A stretch of DNA of 64,000 bases from a virus: IMG/VR virus record IMGVR_UViG_3300025881_000006, positions 79,324 to 143,323 of that record. One strand, 5' to 3'. This document shows positions 26,279 through 36,308 of the stretch, piece by piece (the stretch's first letter is position 1; each line of letters begins with the position of its first letter). The position numbers were made by a program, and so were the translations under genes. The notes under the pieces are model-generated. The model made no database searches, had not been told where the DNA came from, and worked only from the letters and a program-made list of their open reading frames with translations.

Positions 26279-28351
26279 ATGTCCAATAATGAGAACCAAC
26301 TCGACCCGCGACTATTGGGTATAGGTCTTAACCTTAATCCATTTGCTGCCCATGACTCTGCTTCGCGCCAGCAGATGTTTTGTAGTCACGTAGGTCAAGC
26401 ACTCGTCATAGATGGGTCTAATCCACGTCGCATACAAACAGGTGCGGAACGTGAAGTGGGTAAATATACGTTTAGCATTACCATGCCAGTAGATGCTAAC
26501 ATTATTAAAGTTATCCAGAAGTATCCACCCACTGGGGGATATGGGAGTATCAAGGAAAATCCTACCTATGTTATTCTGTATGAAAACATAGATACCAATG
26601 AAATAGACGTTCTGATGGTAGAACGCTTCCACACCATGCATACTACGTTTGGTTTTGAATATGTCCTTACTGAAAATGCAAAAAGAATACACCCCGGACA
26701 GATGGTACCTGCTGGTACAGTCATTGCCCATTCAAGTTCTGTTAAGTCAGATGGTAATTACTGTTATGGTCGTGAAGTACAAACTGCCTATATGTCAATA
26801 CCTCAGGTAATTGAAGATGGTTTCGTTATATCTAAAACGTTAGCCAGTCAGTTAACCACACGTATGGTTGATAAGCGTATAGTAAGTTGGGGTCGTGAAT
26901 ATTACCCGTTAAACTTATATGGTGATAAGAATCATTACAAACCTTTCCCAGACATTGGTGATAAGATACGTGATGATGGACTCTTAATAGGTCTACGTCA
27001 ATACGACCCTGCATTGGGTGTTATTGAAATGACACCCGAAGCACTGATGGAGCCTGATGGTACTTATGATAAACTGACATATGCCCTAGCTGGCGCAACT
27101 GTTTATGATGTAGATGTCGTAACTGACCTAACTCAAAACGTATCGCCTTCACCGGTAGGTATGAATGAGTCTACTGATAAGTATCTACGTCTGCACGATG
27201 TGTTCTTTAAGGATATCCTAAAAGAATATCGTCGACTAGCAGCTACGCGTAAAGACCAGCTACATGTTTCGCCACAGTTTCAACAGTTAGTAGTCCGTGC
27301 AATGGCAAACGATACTGAAGCAGTACCCTACAAGGTTAAGCGTCGTTATCGTAGAATACCGTTGGATGATAGACGTGTTGAGATTAAATATGCTAAGAAG
27401 ATTGAACCTACTATTGGTTACAAGCTTACTGATGCACATGGTGGTAAAGGTGTTATAGTTGATATATGGCCTGATGAAAATATGCCTGTAGATAAACATG
27501 GTGTACGTGCTGATTTGATAATGGATGGTATATCTGTTGTTAAACGTCTAAACGTAGGTCAGTTGTACGAACAGTATATCAATGCAACCTCTGACATGGT
27601 TTCACGTAACCTTAAACAAATGGTTTCAGCCGGTACTAAGAAAGCGATGATGGCAGGATGGGATTATCTATTACGTTATTATCAGATAGTATCACCGTTG
27701 ATGTACGATGTGGTAGTACGTGAAATAAAGACACCAGATGATAAGCAACGTCACTTGGATAATGTCTTAAATGATTGTATCTACTTATACCTACCGCCCA
27801 ATTCACCTAACATGGGTTTAGATTTACTCAACGGTAAAGAAGGTGGTTTGGTAAATGAATACCCATTAGACTTTGGACCGGTAGCATATACTGGACGTTC
27901 TGGTGTACCGTGTGTGACTAAGGACCCAATCATTATAGGTTCTAAGTATGTGATGCTATTAGAAGCAGTACCGGATAACTGGTCATCTGTATCTACGGCT
28001 AAACTACAACACCATGGCATACCTGCTAAGTTAACTATGGCAGATAAGAACGCAGCACCTACTAGAGAACAACCTGTAAGGATTGCAGGGGAATCTGAAG
28101 TACGTCTATTCAATGCAGCTATGGGGCCTGAAGTTACCGCAGATATATTGGATGGTTCTAATTCACCTTCTACCCATAAGTCTATTATCAGAAACATACT
28201 TGAAGCGGGTAACCCTTCTAATATCGATGAGATAGTAGATAGAATAAAGGTACCTAGGGGTAACTCTAGACCGGTGCGTTATGTAGAGCATATATTACAA
28301 TGTGCCGGTATAGCCTTTAACAGTACGGAGTATGATCATGAAAAAGATTAA
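26279..28351 (+). CDS. nvRNAP beta C-terminal subunit (phiKZ gp71-73-like), uninterrupted
   Basis: SASRQQM, GYKLTDAHGGKGVI, ADLIMD, R.N.GQLYE, GESE motifs of RpoB. Confidence 0.92.
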   Translation: MSNNENQLDPRLLGIGLNLNPFAAHDSASRQQMFCSHVGQALVIDGSNPRRIQTGAEREVGKYTFSITMPVDANIIKVIQKYPPTGGYGSIKENPTYVILYENIDTNEIDVLMVERFHTMHTTFGFEYVLTENAKRIHPGQMVPAGTVIAHSSSVKSDGNYCYGREVQTAYMSIPQVIEDGFVISKTLASQLTTRMVDKRIVSWGREYYPLNLYGDKNHYKPFPDIGDKIRDDGLLIGLRQYDPALGVIEMTPEALMEPDGTYDKLTYALAGATVYDVDVVTDLTQNVSPSPVGMNESTDKYLRLHDVFFKDILKEYRRLAATRKDQLHVSPQFQQLVVRAMANDTEAVPYKVKRRYRRIPLDDRRVEIKYAKKIEPTIGYKLTDAHGGKGVIVDIWPDENMPVDKHGVRADLIMDGISVVKRLNVGQLYEQYINATSDMVSRNLKQMVSAGTKKAMMAGWDYLLRYYQIVSPLMYDVVVREIKTPDDKQRHLDNVLNDCIYLYLPPNSPNMGLDLLNGKEGGLVNEYPLDFGPVAYTGRSGVPCVTKDPIIIGSKYVMLLEAVPDNWSSVSTAKLQHHGIPAKLTMADKNAAPTREQPVRIAGESEVRLFNAAMGPEVTADILDGSNSPSTHKSIIRNILEAGNPSNIDEIVDRIKVPRGNSRPVRYVEHILQCAGIAFNSTEYDHEKD

Positions 28352-30284
28352 TGTTAGAGAACTGGTGGCAATGACTAAAGAACAAATATGGTCTTTGCCC
28401 AATGAACAAATGATATTAGTGTTTGATGATGGTGAGTTAACTACGTATGGTAGAGCCAGTATTATAAGTTGGTACTATTGGGAGATTCACAGAACCTATC
28501 CTACTGCACCAATATATAAAAGTCATCACGTGGGGAATGGGCATTATAAACCTAGTGTCCATTTGAATCTTGCATCGAACATCATGTGGGATACTTACTT
28601 TGCGTTAAACGAAGTACCTAGCGTAGACCATCTGTGTAGGTTGGTATACGGCATTACTGGTGAGTTGTATAACGACATGACTTACCGTTTGGAATCGCAT
28701 ATTACTACGGTGTCTTTATTAGACTATGTGGAAATACATGAACATCCGGTATCGGTAGAGATGAGAGAAAAGACTCGTCCTACCGACGATAGTATATCGG
28801 ATGCGTATGCTACTATGAAACATTTGCTGTATAAGACCAACGAGATGCCTAACAATAACGTTACTAAGTTTTGTCGGGCTGATTTGGTTTCAGCAGGTCA
28901 GGTGGTACAGTCAGTTGCTCCTCGTGGTTTTGTTACTGAAATAGATTCTCGAATCTTTAGACATCCTATCATGAATAGTTATACTGAGGGTATGTTATCG
29001 TTACAAGACTCGTTAGTCGAATCACGTTCTGGTGCTAAAGCGTTATTGGCACAGAAAGACCCATTGGAGCATACGGAATATTTTAACCGTAGAATGCAAT
29101 TGGGTTGTAGCGTTATTCAAAATCTACACATGGGTGACTGTGGTACTAAACGCACTGTGAAGTTTAAGGTACGTTCTGAATCACTGAATCAAGTGGCAGG
29201 TAAGTTCTACGAGGTGACAGATGAGAATGGGGATAAAACATTACAGGTAGTAGCTGTTAATCAAAAGAGTCTGATTGGTGAAACGTTAAAGTTACGTTCA
29301 TCTATGGTGTGTGAACATCCAGACCCTTATGGTGTATGTTCTACTTGTATGGGTCAATTGGCCCTATCGGTTCCCAGAGGTACCAACATCGGTCACGTAG
29401 CTGCAACTGAACTATGTGCACAGGTATCGCAAGCGGTACTATCTACTAAGCATTTGGATGTATCTTCTTCAGCGGTCAGTATTGATTTATCTGAATACGA
29501 TAGGAAGTACGTCTACATTGGACAATCAGGCGATAAGATTTATATCAAGAAGCCTAAGAAGTTCACTAAGATGTCTCTAGTGGTAGACTCTGCTGATGTT
29601 AAACACATTGGTGATATCTCACGTATTGAAGATGTAACTGAATTGTCTTCTACTAAAATGTCCTCGTGTCGTTACATTAAGTTAATCATCGAGAATGAAG
29701 AAGATGAAGATGTGGTGGTCTTAGGTGTATCATCAGGTAAGAACCTATCCTCACTATCCTTAGATATGTTAATGCATCTTAAGGACAACGGGTGGTCACT
29801 AAATGAGGATGGTCACTATGTGATTGACTTAACTGGATGGGAGTATAGTAAATCTATTCTTATCCTACCTATGAAGCACATGAATATGTTGGACTTTATG
29901 GATATCATCAAAGTGATGGTAGAGTCAACATCTAAGAGTAAGGATGAAGTAGGTGGTGAACATAAGCGATTGGTGGATTACGATTCACTGTCACATGCTC
30001 TAACCGACTTACATCTTATCGTGGCAGAAAAGATTAGCGTTAATATCGCTCACTTAGAGATTATTATCCGCAGTATCTTAATACGCAACGACGCCGCAGG
30101 TGACCATAGATTGCCTTTACCTAAGACTCCAATATTATTTGGAAGTTACAGGGCTAATATGGAAAACCGTTCTTTATCTGGCTTAATGGCATTCGAAGCG
30201 CAATCAAAAGCGTTTAGACGTGCTGAGTCATATGCAATCACTAATCGAATGGATCACCCAATGGATGTTATTCTCAAGGGGTGA
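28332..30284 (+). CDS. nvRNAP beta-prime C-terminal subunit (phiKZ gp74-like)
   Basis: RG..T, ESR.GAK, EYFNRR, DCG, LRS..C..C..C.G, Q..LSTKH motifs. Confidence 0.9.
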   Translation: MIMKKINVRELVAMTKEQIWSLPNEQMILVFDDGELTTYGRASIISWYYWEIHRTYPTAPIYKSHHVGNGHYKPSVHLNLASNIMWDTYFALNEVPSVDHLCRLVYGITGELYNDMTYRLESHITTVSLLDYVEIHEHPVSVEMREKTRPTDDSISDAYATMKHLLYKTNEMPNNNVTKFCRADLVSAGQVVQSVAPRGFVTEIDSRIFRHPIMNSYTEGMLSLQDSLVESRSGAKALLAQKDPLEHTEYFNRRMQLGCSVIQNLHMGDCGTKRTVKFKVRSESLNQVAGKFYEVTDENGDKTLQVVAVNQKSLIGETLKLRSSMVCEHPDPYGVCSTCMGQLALSVPRGTNIGHVAATELCAQVSQAVLSTKHLDVSSSAVSIDLSEYDRKYVYIGQSGDKIYIKKPKKFTKMSLVVDSADVKHIGDISRIEDVTELSSTKMSSCRYIKLIIENEEDEDVVVLGVSSGKNLSSLSLDMLMHLKDNGWSLNEDGHYVIDLTGWEYSKSILILPMKHMNMLDFMDIIKVMVESTSKSKDEVGGEHKRLVDYDSLSHALTDLHLIVAEKISVNIAHLEIIIRSILIRNDAAGDHRLPLPKTPILFGSYRANMENRSLSGLMAFEAQSKAFRRAESYAITNRMDHPMDVILKG

Positions 30285-30300
30285 TTAAGGAGTAGGTAGT

Positions 30301-32862
30301 ATGGGCACGGCACTCTATGCCCAGGTTGATGTATACTCCCACCATGTGGCCTTTAGCAGGTTATTACCTAACTGCTCAAAGGCCCTATTGGAGTTTTGTC
30401 GAGACCTGATGCAATTTGACGTGGGGTATGACCACCGTACGCAAAGTTATTACAAAATACCCAAACGTGTCTACGCCTCTTCTACAGCTGACAGAAGTGA
30501 GTATAGATTCCATCGACATCAATACAGGGAGATTATTGAATTTCTTGCTAGGCGTGGTATCTTTGAAGAACAGTTTGATACAAAGGTACATACTCCATGT
30601 GTAGGACATCCGGTTAGTACGTTTAAGATGCCAGATTGGTTTACACCTAGGGACTATCAAGTAGGTATCATCAACTACTTTGTTGAGCCCGGTTATACTA
30701 AGGTAACTACGCTTCAGACAGGTAAAGGTAAAATGCAATCGTTGGATTCACTTATACGCATACCCGGTGGGTGGAAGCGAATGGGTGATATTCAAATGGG
30801 TGATAAGCTGGTTGCTCCTGATGGCGGCCATACGTGGGTTAATGGTATTTTCCCACATGGTGAAAAGCAGCTTTATGAAGTTACTTTTGCTGATGGTCGT
30901 GTAACCGAAGCAGGTGCAGATCACCTTTGGAAGGTTTACTATGTTAATACTAGTAAGCATAAACGCTGGCGTGTTGTAGATACGCTAGAAGTCCTTAGAT
31001 TGATATCCATGCCGAATCCACGCGTATACGTACCGCTCATTGAACCCGAACGGTCCTTGCCAAAGGATTTACCATTGGAACCTTGGTTCTTAGGTGCATG
31101 GTTAGGCGATGGACATATAGGTGCTAATGACATTAGTTTCGCAACTACTTATCCGTTTATATTGGATAAGTTAAATGCACTAGCACCTGAAGGTGTAGTT
31201 ATAACAGAAGGGTGTAATGGTAAGGACCGTGGGCTTAAAGGAAAGCCTATATTGCGTGATATCTTTGAGAGGTTGGGTCTGATAGGGAAATTAGCGTGGG
31301 ATAAGTATATTCCTAGGCAATACTTGGAAGGTTCAATTGAGCAGAGGTATGAACTACTACAAGGTTTGATGGATACTGACGGTACTGCAAATAGCATTAA
31401 TACCGGAGGTGCAATATCATACTCTACTACCAGTGAACAACTTGCTAAGGATGTACAATACTTAGTTCGTAGTTTAGGTGGAATTGCAATGATATCTTCA
31501 CGTATTCCAACTTTCGTTTACAAAGATGAAAGTAAGAATGGTAGGTTGGCCTATGATGTTAATATTAGAATGAAGTTTCCTAGTATGATATTCACGCTAC
31601 CTAAGAAGAAGATTCGCACCAATGACAATAACCAGTACGCTAAGGGGTTAAAGTTACAGGTTAAATCTATTGTACCTTCTAGAGTTGCACCAGCGCAATG
31701 TATATCAGTCACTCATAGAGACCATTTGTACGTTACAGATGACTTTATAGTTACTCATAACACGGCAATAGCGTTAGCAGCTGCTACTCAAATAGCAGTA
31801 CGCACTATTCTTTGTGTTCCGGCTAAGTATATCTACAAGTGGATAGGTGACGCTAAGGAAACATTGGGTGTACCTGAAGATAGGTTAATGGTTATTAAGG
31901 GCTCTAAGGCACTACGTACGGCCATTGAACTAGGTATTGCTGGTAAGATTGATTGTGATTTCATTATCATCTCAGCTACTACTTTATATAACTACTTTAA
32001 AGCTTATGAGAATAATGAGTTAGAGGAACAAGGTTATCTTTGTCCACCACATTTATTATATCAAGTAATGGACGTGGGGTTACGGTTAATAGACGAAGTG
32101 CATGAAAACTTGCACCTTAACTTTAAACAAGACCTTTATGGGCATGTTAATAAATCAATCATGCTTTCTGCTACATTGGAAAGTGATGACCCGTTTGTAA
32201 ATAAAGTAATAGAGATTGCTTATCCGTTCTCCACCCGATATAAAGGTATAGAGTACGATAGATATATAGCTGTTACTGCACTAGCCTACAGGGTTCGGGA
32301 TATAAACAAGTTACCGCATAAACGCCGCAAGATGTATTCTCAAGTTAAATACGAAGAGAGTCTATTGAAATGGAAGAAGGTAATTGAAGCGTATGCTGAA
32401 ATGATTTATCAGATAGTTGTGAATGAATATGTTGAGGAACGTGAAGAGGGTCAGAGAATGATTATCTTTGCAGATACCAAAGACATGTGTACCTTTCTAT
32501 CTGACTATATCAAAGAGCGCTTACCTAATTTAGTGGTAAGACGTTTTATAGGTGAGGACCCTGATGAGCATCTATACGAGTCTGACATAGTAGTATCTAC
32601 TCCTAAGTCTGCTGGTACGGCTGTTGATATTGATGGGTTGAAAATATCGTTGTTAACATCGGCTATTAGTTCTAGACAAGCTAATGCGCAAATCCTAGGT
32701 CGCTTACGACACTTAAAGGATTGGCCTGACGTAACCCCTAGATTCTTTTACTTAGTTTGTACTGATATTCCTAAGCACATGGATTATCATAAGAAGAAGG
32801 TAGAAGCTTTTAAAGACAAGGTATTATCACACAAGTTAATGCCCACATCATTTTCGATATAA
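30301..32862 (+). CDS. SF2 helicase (phiKZ gp75-like) interrupted by an intein
   Basis: Q-motif PRDYQ, Walker A QTGKGK-intein-T, DEVH, SAT, GTAVDI, Q.LGRLR; spliced length 510 aa. Confidence 0.9.
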   Translation: MGTALYAQVDVYSHHVAFSRLLPNCSKALLEFCRDLMQFDVGYDHRTQSYYKIPKRVYASSTADRSEYRFHRHQYREIIEFLARRGIFEEQFDTKVHTPCVGHPVSTFKMPDWFTPRDYQVGIINYFVEPGYTKVTTLQTGKGKMQSLDSLIRIPGGWKRMGDIQMGDKLVAPDGGHTWVNGIFPHGEKQLYEVTFADGRVTEAGADHLWKVYYVNTSKHKRWRVVDTLEVLRLISMPNPRVYVPLIEPERSLPKDLPLEPWFLGAWLGDGHIGANDISFATTYPFILDKLNALAPEGVVITEGCNGKDRGLKGKPILRDIFERLGLIGKLAWDKYIPRQYLEGSIEQRYELLQGLMDTDGTANSINTGGAISYSTTSEQLAKDVQYLVRSLGGIAMISSRIPTFVYKDESKNGRLAYDVNIRMKFPSMIFTLPKKKIRTNDNNQYAKGLKLQVKSIVPSRVAPAQCISVTHRDHLYVTDDFIVTHNTAIALAAATQIAVRTILCVPAKYIYKWIGDAKETLGVPEDRLMVIKGSKALRTAIELGIAGKIDCDFIIISATTLYNYFKAYENNELEEQGYLCPPHLLYQVMDVGLRLIDEVHENLHLNFKQDLYGHVNKSIMLSATLESDDPFVNKVIEIAYPFSTRYKGIEYDRYIAVTALAYRVRDINKLPHKRRKMYSQVKYEESLLKWKKVIEAYAEMIYQIVVNEYVEEREEGQRMIIFADTKDMCTFLSDYIKERLPNLVVRRFIGEDPDEHLYESDIVVSTPKSAGTAVDIDGLKISLLTSAISSRQANAQILGRLRHLKDWPDVTPRFFYLVCTDIPKHMDYHKKKVEAFKDKVLSHKLMPTSFSI
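30733..31761 (+). mobile_element. class-3 (WCT) intein with LAGLIDADG homing endonuclease, 343 aa
   Basis: Begins MQSLDSLIR; block B ADHLW, block F AQCISV, ends IVTHN then T; LGAWLGDG and LQGLMDTDG. Confidence 0.92.
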
Positions 32863-32865
32863 ACT

Positions 32866-32897
32866 GAGTAGGGGGAAACCCTTACTCTTTATACGTC
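32866..32897 (+). terminator. terminator with TATACGTC variant
   Basis: GAGTAGGGG-GAAA-CCCTTACTC stem. Confidence 0.75.
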
Positions 32898-32920
32898 ATT
32901 TACAATAAGGAGTTAATCCA

Positions 32921-33472
32921 ATGACTGTTAATAAAATACGGGCACATGGTAAGTATGGCCACCACTGTATAGGTAACGGCTGTAAGGTAGAAGGCTGTGG
33001 TTTATCCAGTAATCATTTTGAAGATTCTAAGGCAATGTTAACCGATAAAGAAACCTCATTACGTGTAAGTGGGGCTAAGTCTGATATGGGGTTTAGAACT
33101 ATCGATAGTATGGTAGCAGAGCAAGATGGTGGATTCAAGCGTGGTGAGTTAATTACTATTTTGGGTAGTAGTAATCTAGAAGACCCATATAACCCTAAAC
33201 ATTTAACAGGTCCCTACCCTGATGAAAGCACTTTTGATTTTCTACATCGTAATCTTGACCACATAGACCCTACAATAGATGATGGTCGTATGCGACAGGA
33301 AGGGATGTACGGAATGACCATTGCACATATAGCTGCCGGTAGGGGTATAGCCTTTCCTGAAGATAGCGATATATGGGATATAAAAGACCATGCAGGTACT
33401 ACAGTACGCGATGCATACAGGAGAGCCGTAGGAGTAAATCTAGAACGATACAAATCACCACCAAACACTTAA
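32921..33472 (+). CDS. mosaic protein: Cys/His N-terminus, DnaB-like fragment, ankyrin-like repeat
   Basis: GFRTIDSM...GGFKRGELITILG; GMTIAHIAAGRG...DHAGTTVRD. Confidence 0.55.
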   Translation: MTVNKIRAHGKYGHHCIGNGCKVEGCGLSSNHFEDSKAMLTDKETSLRVSGAKSDMGFRTIDSMVAEQDGGFKRGELITILGSSNLEDPYNPKHLTGPYPDESTFDFLHRNLDHIDPTIDDGRMRQEGMYGMTIAHIAAGRGIAFPEDSDIWDIKDHAGTTVRDAYRRAVGVNLERYKSPPNT

Positions 33473-33519
33473 TTTAACTAACCTTAGACGTAAGGTACCA
33501 ACATCATGGAGACAATAAC

Positions 33520-34092
33520 ATGAGTGACCATAAAACGCCTAAGCGGCGTCGAAGTTTGAATGACGTAGATTACCTAGCGTCTTTACTATCCCATCCGTAT
33601 ACACGCATCCCTGACTTTTTAAAGGGTGGTATATACGACCAGTTAACTAAATCGACTTACGATAACACGTACCTTTCTACTCTACACTTACTAGAAATTC
33701 CCATCCCTAATAAAGAACCTTTGTGGGGATTGGAGTTTATAGAGTATATAGAGCCTTACTACAAGGAAGCGTTATTAGAGTCTAGGGTAACTGACCCGGA
33801 AATGGATTGGGAAGAGCAAGTACGTAAATACACTAGGTTGACTTCTAAACAGCTTACCGACTTACCTAAGCGTATCAAGATGATTGAAAAAGCTTTGAAA
33901 GTAGCAAAGCGTTCTAAGTCTGATGTTCGTGAACAGATGTTTGCTGATGCACTATTTGCAGTCAAAGATGGCATTATGCCTAACGACTTCATATTCCAAC
34001 GTACGTTATTCAGGGCAGGATACAGTCCTACCGATAGTAGTATGGTGAATATGATAGAAAGTGCTATCAGTAGAATTAACATGGTAATGTAA
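33520..34092 (+). CDS. hypothetical protein
   Basis: GGAG SD; 190 aa. Confidence 0.7.
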   Translation: MSDHKTPKRRRSLNDVDYLASLLSHPYTRIPDFLKGGIYDQLTKSTYDNTYLSTLHLLEIPIPNKEPLWGLEFIEYIEPYYKEALLESRVTDPEMDWEEQVRKYTRLTSKQLTDLPKRIKMIEKALKVAKRSKSDVREQMFADALFAVKDGIMPNDFIFQRTLFRAGYSPTDSSMVNMIESAISRINMVM

Positions 34093-34101
34093 GGAGTAGT
34101 T

Positions 34102-34584
34102 ATGGACATTACACGGTCCGATAACGTCGTTGCTTTTTGGCACGAGAACCAAGAGAATGGATTTCTATCTAACTTATATCACGCACCCATTATAATAGAT
34201 GATGTAGAATGGCCTACTACCGAGCATTGGTATCAGGCTATGAAACACGTTGACCTTGGGTTAATTGAAAAGATACGTAAGTTAGAAAAACCTATTGCCT
34301 CTAAACACCTAGCCCGTAAGATGTGTAAGAAGTTGAACCGATGGCCTACTGATCCATATAAACTCAACAGTATGCGTATGGCTATTAAGTTTAAGTTCGA
34401 CCAACATCCCGAATTGAAACAGAAGCTTATGGCAACGTGGCCTGCTACTATTATAGAAGACTCTCCTAAAGATACCTTTTGGGGAGTAGGACCTGATGGT
34501 AACGGGTTTAACTGGATGGGCGTCCTACTAATGGAACTTAGACTATCTTACATAACTACTGAGAATTTACCTTTAACACATTAA
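34102..34584 (+). CDS. NADAR/YbiA-family ADP-ribosyl glycohydrolase
   Basis: F.....GFLSNLY, TTEHWYQAMK, KF.QHPELKQKL, EDSPKD.FWG, G.N.MG..LM..R. Confidence 0.88.
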   Translation: MDITRSDNVVAFWHENQENGFLSNLYHAPIIIDDVEWPTTEHWYQAMKHVDLGLIEKIRKLEKPIASKHLARKMCKKLNRWPTDPYKLNSMRMAIKFKFDQHPELKQKLMATWPATIIEDSPKDTFWGVGPDGNGFNWMGVLLMELRLSYITTENLPLTH

Positions 34585-34613
34585 ATACAATACTATTACC
34601 ATAAGGAAGTACA

Positions 34614-34928
34614 ATGGCAGACCACATGCAACAACTTATTAAGAGCTTAAAGGCAATTGAAAAAGATACCGCTATCACCTCAGACGATGGTGACATTACA
34701 CAGGTATCCCTACTAAGTCGTAACACCATGCAAAAGAATGTAAGGGAGTTATGTATTGTAGGTAAAGAACCTTTACGTAGTAAGAATAGGGCACGGCTAG
34801 GTGAAGCCGGTTGGGATATTGAAGGTACCGTACTTACGACTATTAAGGGTACTATCGATTTGGATAAACTTCAGCACATGGATTTAAAGTCTCTCATTGC
34901 TGATGAAATAGAGATATTCACCTCTTAA
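34614..34928 (+). CDS. hypothetical protein
   Basis: AAGGAAG SD; 104 aa. Confidence 0.65.
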   Translation: MADHMQQLIKSLKAIEKDTAITSDDGDITQVSLLSRNTMQKNVRELCIVGKEPLRSKNRARLGEAGWDIEGTVLTTIKGTIDLDKLQHMDLKSLIADEIEIFTS

Positions 34929-34937
34929 GGAGTACCT

Positions 34938-35351
34938 ATGTCTAAGTCAATAGGGTTTCTATACAGGCCACAACGCGGTACGTTAATAAACGCGATGCGT
35001 GAGATGAGATGGTTTCTTAATAAGGAAGAGTTATGTACTTACCTTAGAGAGTTATATAGTCACCTACCGCATAACTTCGATATCAGCCCTATTGGTTTAA
35101 AAGTAACTAAGTACGGTGAAGGTATTGATGAACGTACTGGATGGGATACGCATATTCTGACACTAGCAAACGATTATGGGGTACTTGGATATGTAGACCG
35201 AAGTATAGATAATCTACTTACACGTCCAGAGTTTAATCAACGGTTAAAAGACCCTGAATGTAACAATCGTTTAGAGAACCTATCTAGTGGGATAAATGCT
35301 ACAGTACAAAAACTAGTAGATGCATCTCATGTAGATTTGTATTCTAAATAA
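34938..35351 (+). CDS. hypothetical phage protein
   Basis: AAGGAG SD; YRPQRG.L..AM...DERTGWDTH pattern. Confidence 0.7.
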   Translation: MSKSIGFLYRPQRGTLINAMREMRWFLNKEELCTYLRELYSHLPHNFDISPIGLKVTKYGEGIDERTGWDTHILTLANDYGVLGYVDRSIDNLLTRPEFNQRLKDPECNNRLENLSSGINATVQKLVDASHVDLYSK

Positions 35352-35395
35352 CGGCATAAGAGAGTAGGGTTGCCCCTACTCTTCTTTTTTTGTCT
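35351..35395. terminator. bidirectional terminator
   Basis: AGAGTAGGG/CCCTACTCT between convergent genes; ACGGCATA at 35351 and a T-run on the plus side. Confidence 0.85.
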
Positions 35396-35703
35396 TAACT
35401 ACCGTAGTGCGGCGTGATAGTTACTGTCATTACTTGTTCTAGGTTACCCTTAATAGGCATCTTGACAGTCAGAGGATCATGTACCCTATTGAGTACTGCC
35501 CAGTTAGTGACCTTTTTATTCAGGAACGTTTTACCAATCTCATAAAAATGTATAGTATCTACAGTGTGTTCCGTAAATGACAATATCCCTTTCTTGATTA
35601 GTGCTTGTAGTTCCATTCTAACATTTTCGTCTATATCGTTTAATACGAGATCAACACTGTGGCCATCAACAGATACACTGACACTAATGTGTGCTTGTTC
35701 CAT
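35395..35703 (-). CDS. hypothetical protein
   Basis: GAGGAG SD; last gene of the minus-strand operon. Confidence 0.65.
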   Translation of the reverse strand: MEQAHISVSVSVDGHSVDLVLNDIDENVRMELQALIKKGILSFTEHTVDTIHFYEIGKTFLNKKVTNWAVLNRVHDPLTVKMPIKGNLEQVMTVTITPHYGS

Positions 35704-35704
35704 A

Positions 35705-35980
35705 CTACTCCTCTACTACTTCCGTCATCATTAACACCCAACCGTCTTTAATACCATATATGTTCATTTCCATATACGTTATTGTACACCTTAAACCCTT
35801 ACCAGTATATGCTAAGGGTGCCCCGTCGGCCATCGCATCACCACTATGGCATGTTTCTTGAAGTATGATTTCATCGCCTACTTTAAAATCCCTATCATTG
35901 AGGCGTATTTCCCAAGGGCGCTTTCCAGCTTTACGTAATGCTATCAGACCAGGGTCTGTTTTTAAAATGTGCGTTTTCAT
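35705..35980 (-). CDS. ASCH/PUA-like (DUF3850-type) protein
   Basis: H.LK.........GK...EIR.NDRDFKVGD.I.L.E. Confidence 0.8.
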   Translation of the reverse strand: MKTHILKTDPGLIALRKAGKRPWEIRLNDRDFKVGDEIILQETCHSGDAMADGAPLAYTGKGLRCTITYMEMNIYGIKDGWVLMMTEVVEE

Positions 35981-35991
35981 TAACCCCCTCC

Positions 35992-36294
35992 TTAATGCCC
36001 GTTATTTAAGCCAATCCAATAGGCGCTACCTGTTATAGGATTAACTACTAACTTATCAACCCTATTACAACAACCATTCTGCATGGCTCTAATATACCCA
36101 TCAGTTTTACCATCGCCGTTAATAGCTTTATCGACACGCATGTTATCTATACAACCATCGTCATTTTTCTGATATAAACTAGCCATTTGGTTACATAACC
36201 ATTTACAGTCACGTTCGTTATCGACTAGTCCATCTCTACTAAGTAGATAGTCTTTATTAAATCGTTCGTTGAAAGTTTGTTTTTTATCAGACAC
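35992..36294 (-). CDS. hypothetical phage protein
   Basis: DDGCIDNMR...GCC..D...WIGLNNGH pattern. Confidence 0.7.
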   Translation of the reverse strand: MSDKKQTFNERFNKDYLLSRDGLVDNERDCKWLCNQMASLYQKNDDGCIDNMRVDKAINGDGKTDGYIRAMQNGCCNRVDKLVVNPITGSAYWIGLNNGH

Positions 36295-36308
36295 TTTACT
36301 ATCCCCAG

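Noticed and set aside
33497-33507. ACCAACATCAT, one mismatch from the early promoter motif
   Set aside because: It abuts the GGAG SD and is too close to the start codon compared with the other copies; not called.
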